A DNA stretch of 64,000 nt, taken from Psammoneis japonica. Taxonomy: Eukaryota. The position numbers and the translations under genes are program-made. Location: positions 124,001 to 188,000 of the forward strand of contig QPGO01000065.1 in assembly GCA_008632985.1 (NCBI GenBank), read 5' to 3'. Shown here in pieces: positions 61,140 to 64,000 of the stretch. The notes under the pieces are model-generated. The model saw only the letters and a program-made list of their open reading frames with translations, searched no databases and had not been told where the DNA came from. Position 1 is the first letter of the stretch; each line of letters begins with the position of its first letter.

Positions 61140-64000
61140 ATGGTTCCAAAAACATTGCTTCTCCTGTTGTGCGTGAACTCGCTGTTTTCGAAGGTTCATG
61201 GCGACAGCGTAAGAGACGGAAACGGAGGTAACTGCGTCAACGTTACATCGTGCCGACCTCGATGCGTCACTTTTCGGCTTGATCGCACCAAAACCGACTG
61301 TGATAAAGCCGAGGGCGCCTTCGCGGAGCAAACTGAGCCCAATCCTTGGGATATCCAAGAGTTCCGCACGTTCAATTGTGAATCTGCCGGCACTTGTTTT
61401 AACAGCAAGTGTGGTCAAGACTTGCCGGGTAATGTGACGCTGCGCATCAGCGAGGATGGAGACCTTGGGTCTCCGTTCGTCACCAATGTCGAGTTGAAGG
61501 ATAATCAGGAAAGATTCACGTTTTGTTCGGTCTACCCCTGTCCCAATGAAGAGTGCGCATTGCCAGAGCAAATGGTATGCCGCCTTGCGCTACGCATATT
61601 GATTTCTGCTTAACGAAAGCTGACACCGTTCATTTTGCATACCTTAGGGATCGGAGTTACGCCTCGAAATCCACGAAGGAAGTAGCGGGCAACCAAGTGA
61701 CGAATATCTACTTGCCTTGGTATGTTTCGAACCTCTTTATATACTTCTTTGGAATGCACCTGAGTCAAGCTTTTCTCACACACATTGCAAACTCACATAT
61801 ACAGGAGCTCTCCCTAACGGCGTCTTTTGCCGGATCTGCGTTTCACGAAGCCGTAGACAACAGGTATGGACCGTTGTATTTGGAATGGATGGACGATCCC
61901 ACTGGATGTCGGCATGGCGCATTTCCGGATTATGCGCCAATTGCACCGCCTGCTGAACCCTTGGTTGATACGAATTTGACTGAGGTTGAAGCCGGCTTGT
62001 ACTGCGAAGGTGATACGTACGATCTATCGCCACTCCCGCAAGCTATGACCCCGAGCGCAGCACCGAGTCTGTCACCCACAACGACTGCGACCTGGACTCC
62101 CGAAGAACTCAACCAAATTGAGGCCCTACAAGCCTTTTATAACTCGACCAACATGGGACATCACCAATCTAAGCGCTTTCATAACTGGTTCACGGTTGAC
62201 AATTACTGTGATTTCACAGGTATCGTCTGTGATGCAAACGGTTTTGTCACCAGCATTGATCTTACGAACAAGAGGCTTTCAGGAATCCTTCCGACATCGT
62301 CCTGGGAGCTTTTGAGCAAACTTCAAACTCTCAAGCTTGTTGGAAACCTGATTGAAGGCAGCATCCCTTCCCAGCTCGCACAGTTGAGCCATCTAACTCA
62401 TTTGGAATTGGCAGTAAACAACTTCTCCGGCCCAATTCCCGAATCTCTCTCGTCCCTGAACCAGATTCGTCGCCTCATGCTGCAGTACAACAAACTTAAT
62501 GGTACCATCCCAGAGTCTGTCTGTGATTTGACTAAGCTCCTTGCATTTGACATTTCGGGAAACAAAGCTATGCACGGCGAGATTCCTTCGTGCTTTGGTA
62601 CACTTCCTTTGGAAGTTCTCCGAGTCGAGGACGTTGGTCTCGTGGGTGAAGTCCCACCGGCATTGTGTGCTGTACGCAACATCAATGGACTCGCACCGAA
62701 TCGCTATGGGTGCGAGGGTATTGCTTGTCCTGCTGGATCATACGAACCTATTTTGGGGAGAAAAAGCAATGGCAATAGCCAGTGCCTCACATGTGTTTCA
62801 CCCTCCAACGTAATTGGGTCGACGAAATGCGTGCTCTTGGAAGGCAACGATATCGTAACACAAGCTCCGTCGAGTAGCCCAGCACCAAGCGGTGTTCCAT
62901 CGTTCAGTGCTTCTCCGACAATGAGCTTTTCACCAAGCGCTGTTCCATCTGCGAGTCCTATACCAACCGCCAGCATCATGCCTACTGTGGGCTCTTCGAA
63001 CGCGCCTTCTGGAGTGGAGACTGTTTCTTCAGCACCAAGCGCTAGTAAGGAAGGCTATTCGTCGAATCCATCTGCGGCTCCTAGCCTGCATCCGTCTTCA
63101 CCCCCCTCGTCAGTCCCCACAATAATTTCAACAGCCCCCTTGACACCCGCTCCATCCCAAGCAAACACACCAAGCCCGACCAAAGCCAATTCTACAAAAT
63201 TTCATGAGGTATCTGTCAACTTGATACTCCTCTTTGCGGATATTCCGACGAAGCTGACTGACTCAACCGACAAGGCAGCTTTTAACCATGCTACCAAGAC
63301 GTTCTTGAACCGGCAACTGCCGGTGCAGGTACACGTTGTTCACGACGTTCTTATTGTTTCGCAGTTTCTGCACGAGCCAGAAAGTGAAAGTGATGGCATT
63401 GTGCACTTGTCTTTCCGACACCTGTCTCAAGCGGCTCTACACGTCAAGATCCGAGTCCAGGGGGAAACGATCGATACTGACAAGGCGTTCAAGATGGCGA
63501 TTGAGCAGTCCCTGAAAGACCAGTATGGCTCATACATTTACGATCTTTCCAAAGATATTGATTCCTTTGCAACGCCAGTCGGTAGTAAAGGTGGCGGAAA
63601 GGACAACATGAATTGGGCATTGCTGGTTGTAGCTGTAGTCTTGTCTGTCGTGGCAGTTGCAACGTTGCTGGTGGTTCGCCAACTTCACCGCAGAGACCGC
63701 TTATCAGCATCAGACGGGCAAAACTCAGGAGCCCATTGGTCGAAAAAGGAAAAGGTATGTCTTGAATCACCACCATGAAGGCATGCAGTGGCCCTTGCCC
63801 CGCAGAAACATCCTCACACGCACTTTTCATTGAATCATTCTTTCCCAGAAGCGACGTTTCTTTAGTTTCGGGGGAAAGGGAAAAGCTCGTCCACCGGTTG
63901 AAGGCGGTTCCTTGTCTGACGAGAGTAGCGCGGGTTGGAGATCAGGCGAAGGATCAGAGGAAGGAGAATTTGTCAATCCGGTCCGTGACAACGAAAGCAT
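61140..64000 (+). CDS. LRR receptor-like single-pass membrane protein; exons 61140-61574, 61648-61719, 61805-63754, 63849->end (3' end beyond window)
   Basis: Signal peptide; Cys-rich N-domain; LRRNT-like 'ALQAFYNST..W..CDFTGIVC'; plant-type LxxLxLxxNxLxGxIP repeats; Ser/Pro APS stalk; TM 'WALLVVAVVLSVVAVATLLVV'. Three GTATG..AG introns keep the frame. Confidence 0.88.

Overview
Eukaryotic nuclear DNA, most likely a diatom (inferred from the CoDi-like Ty1/copia element, short GT-AG introns, a MATH-BTB-SAP gene and an LRR protein with SxAPS repeats). The last ~8 kb holds ordinary genes: ALG1, a HID1-family gene and an LRR receptor-like gene. The rest is repeat-rich. It contains the 3' end of a tyrosine-recombinase (DIRS/Ngaro-type) retroelement, a complete 7.2-kb Copia with 196-bp LTRs and a CAGCC target-site duplication, and a Penelope-like RT element bounded by (GA)n tracts. 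It also has a ~8-9.5-kb inverted duplication whose arms lie ~28 kb apart, a MAK21/CEBPZ pseudogene fragment and one intact MATH-BTB gene. The main finding is that three TE-centred blocks (~1-2900, ~26100-40380, ~47550-55780) have lost most TpA dinucleotides by TA->TG/CA transitions. Conserved Tyr codons read Cys/His, GTAAGT splice donors read GCAAGT/GTGAGT, and paired repeats differ by reciprocal TG/CA swaps. This is the reverse direction of fungal RIP and is partly independent of CpG loss. It fades at block edges, spreads into flanking DNA and spares GTAG/CTAC/CTAG contexts, suggesting an undescribed regional A-to-G hypermutation (genome-defence) process. A second TA-centred signal is seen outside these blocks: CCGGTA-type insertions at TA sites and CTA/TAG patchwork inserts. 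All counts are by eye; no database searches were run.
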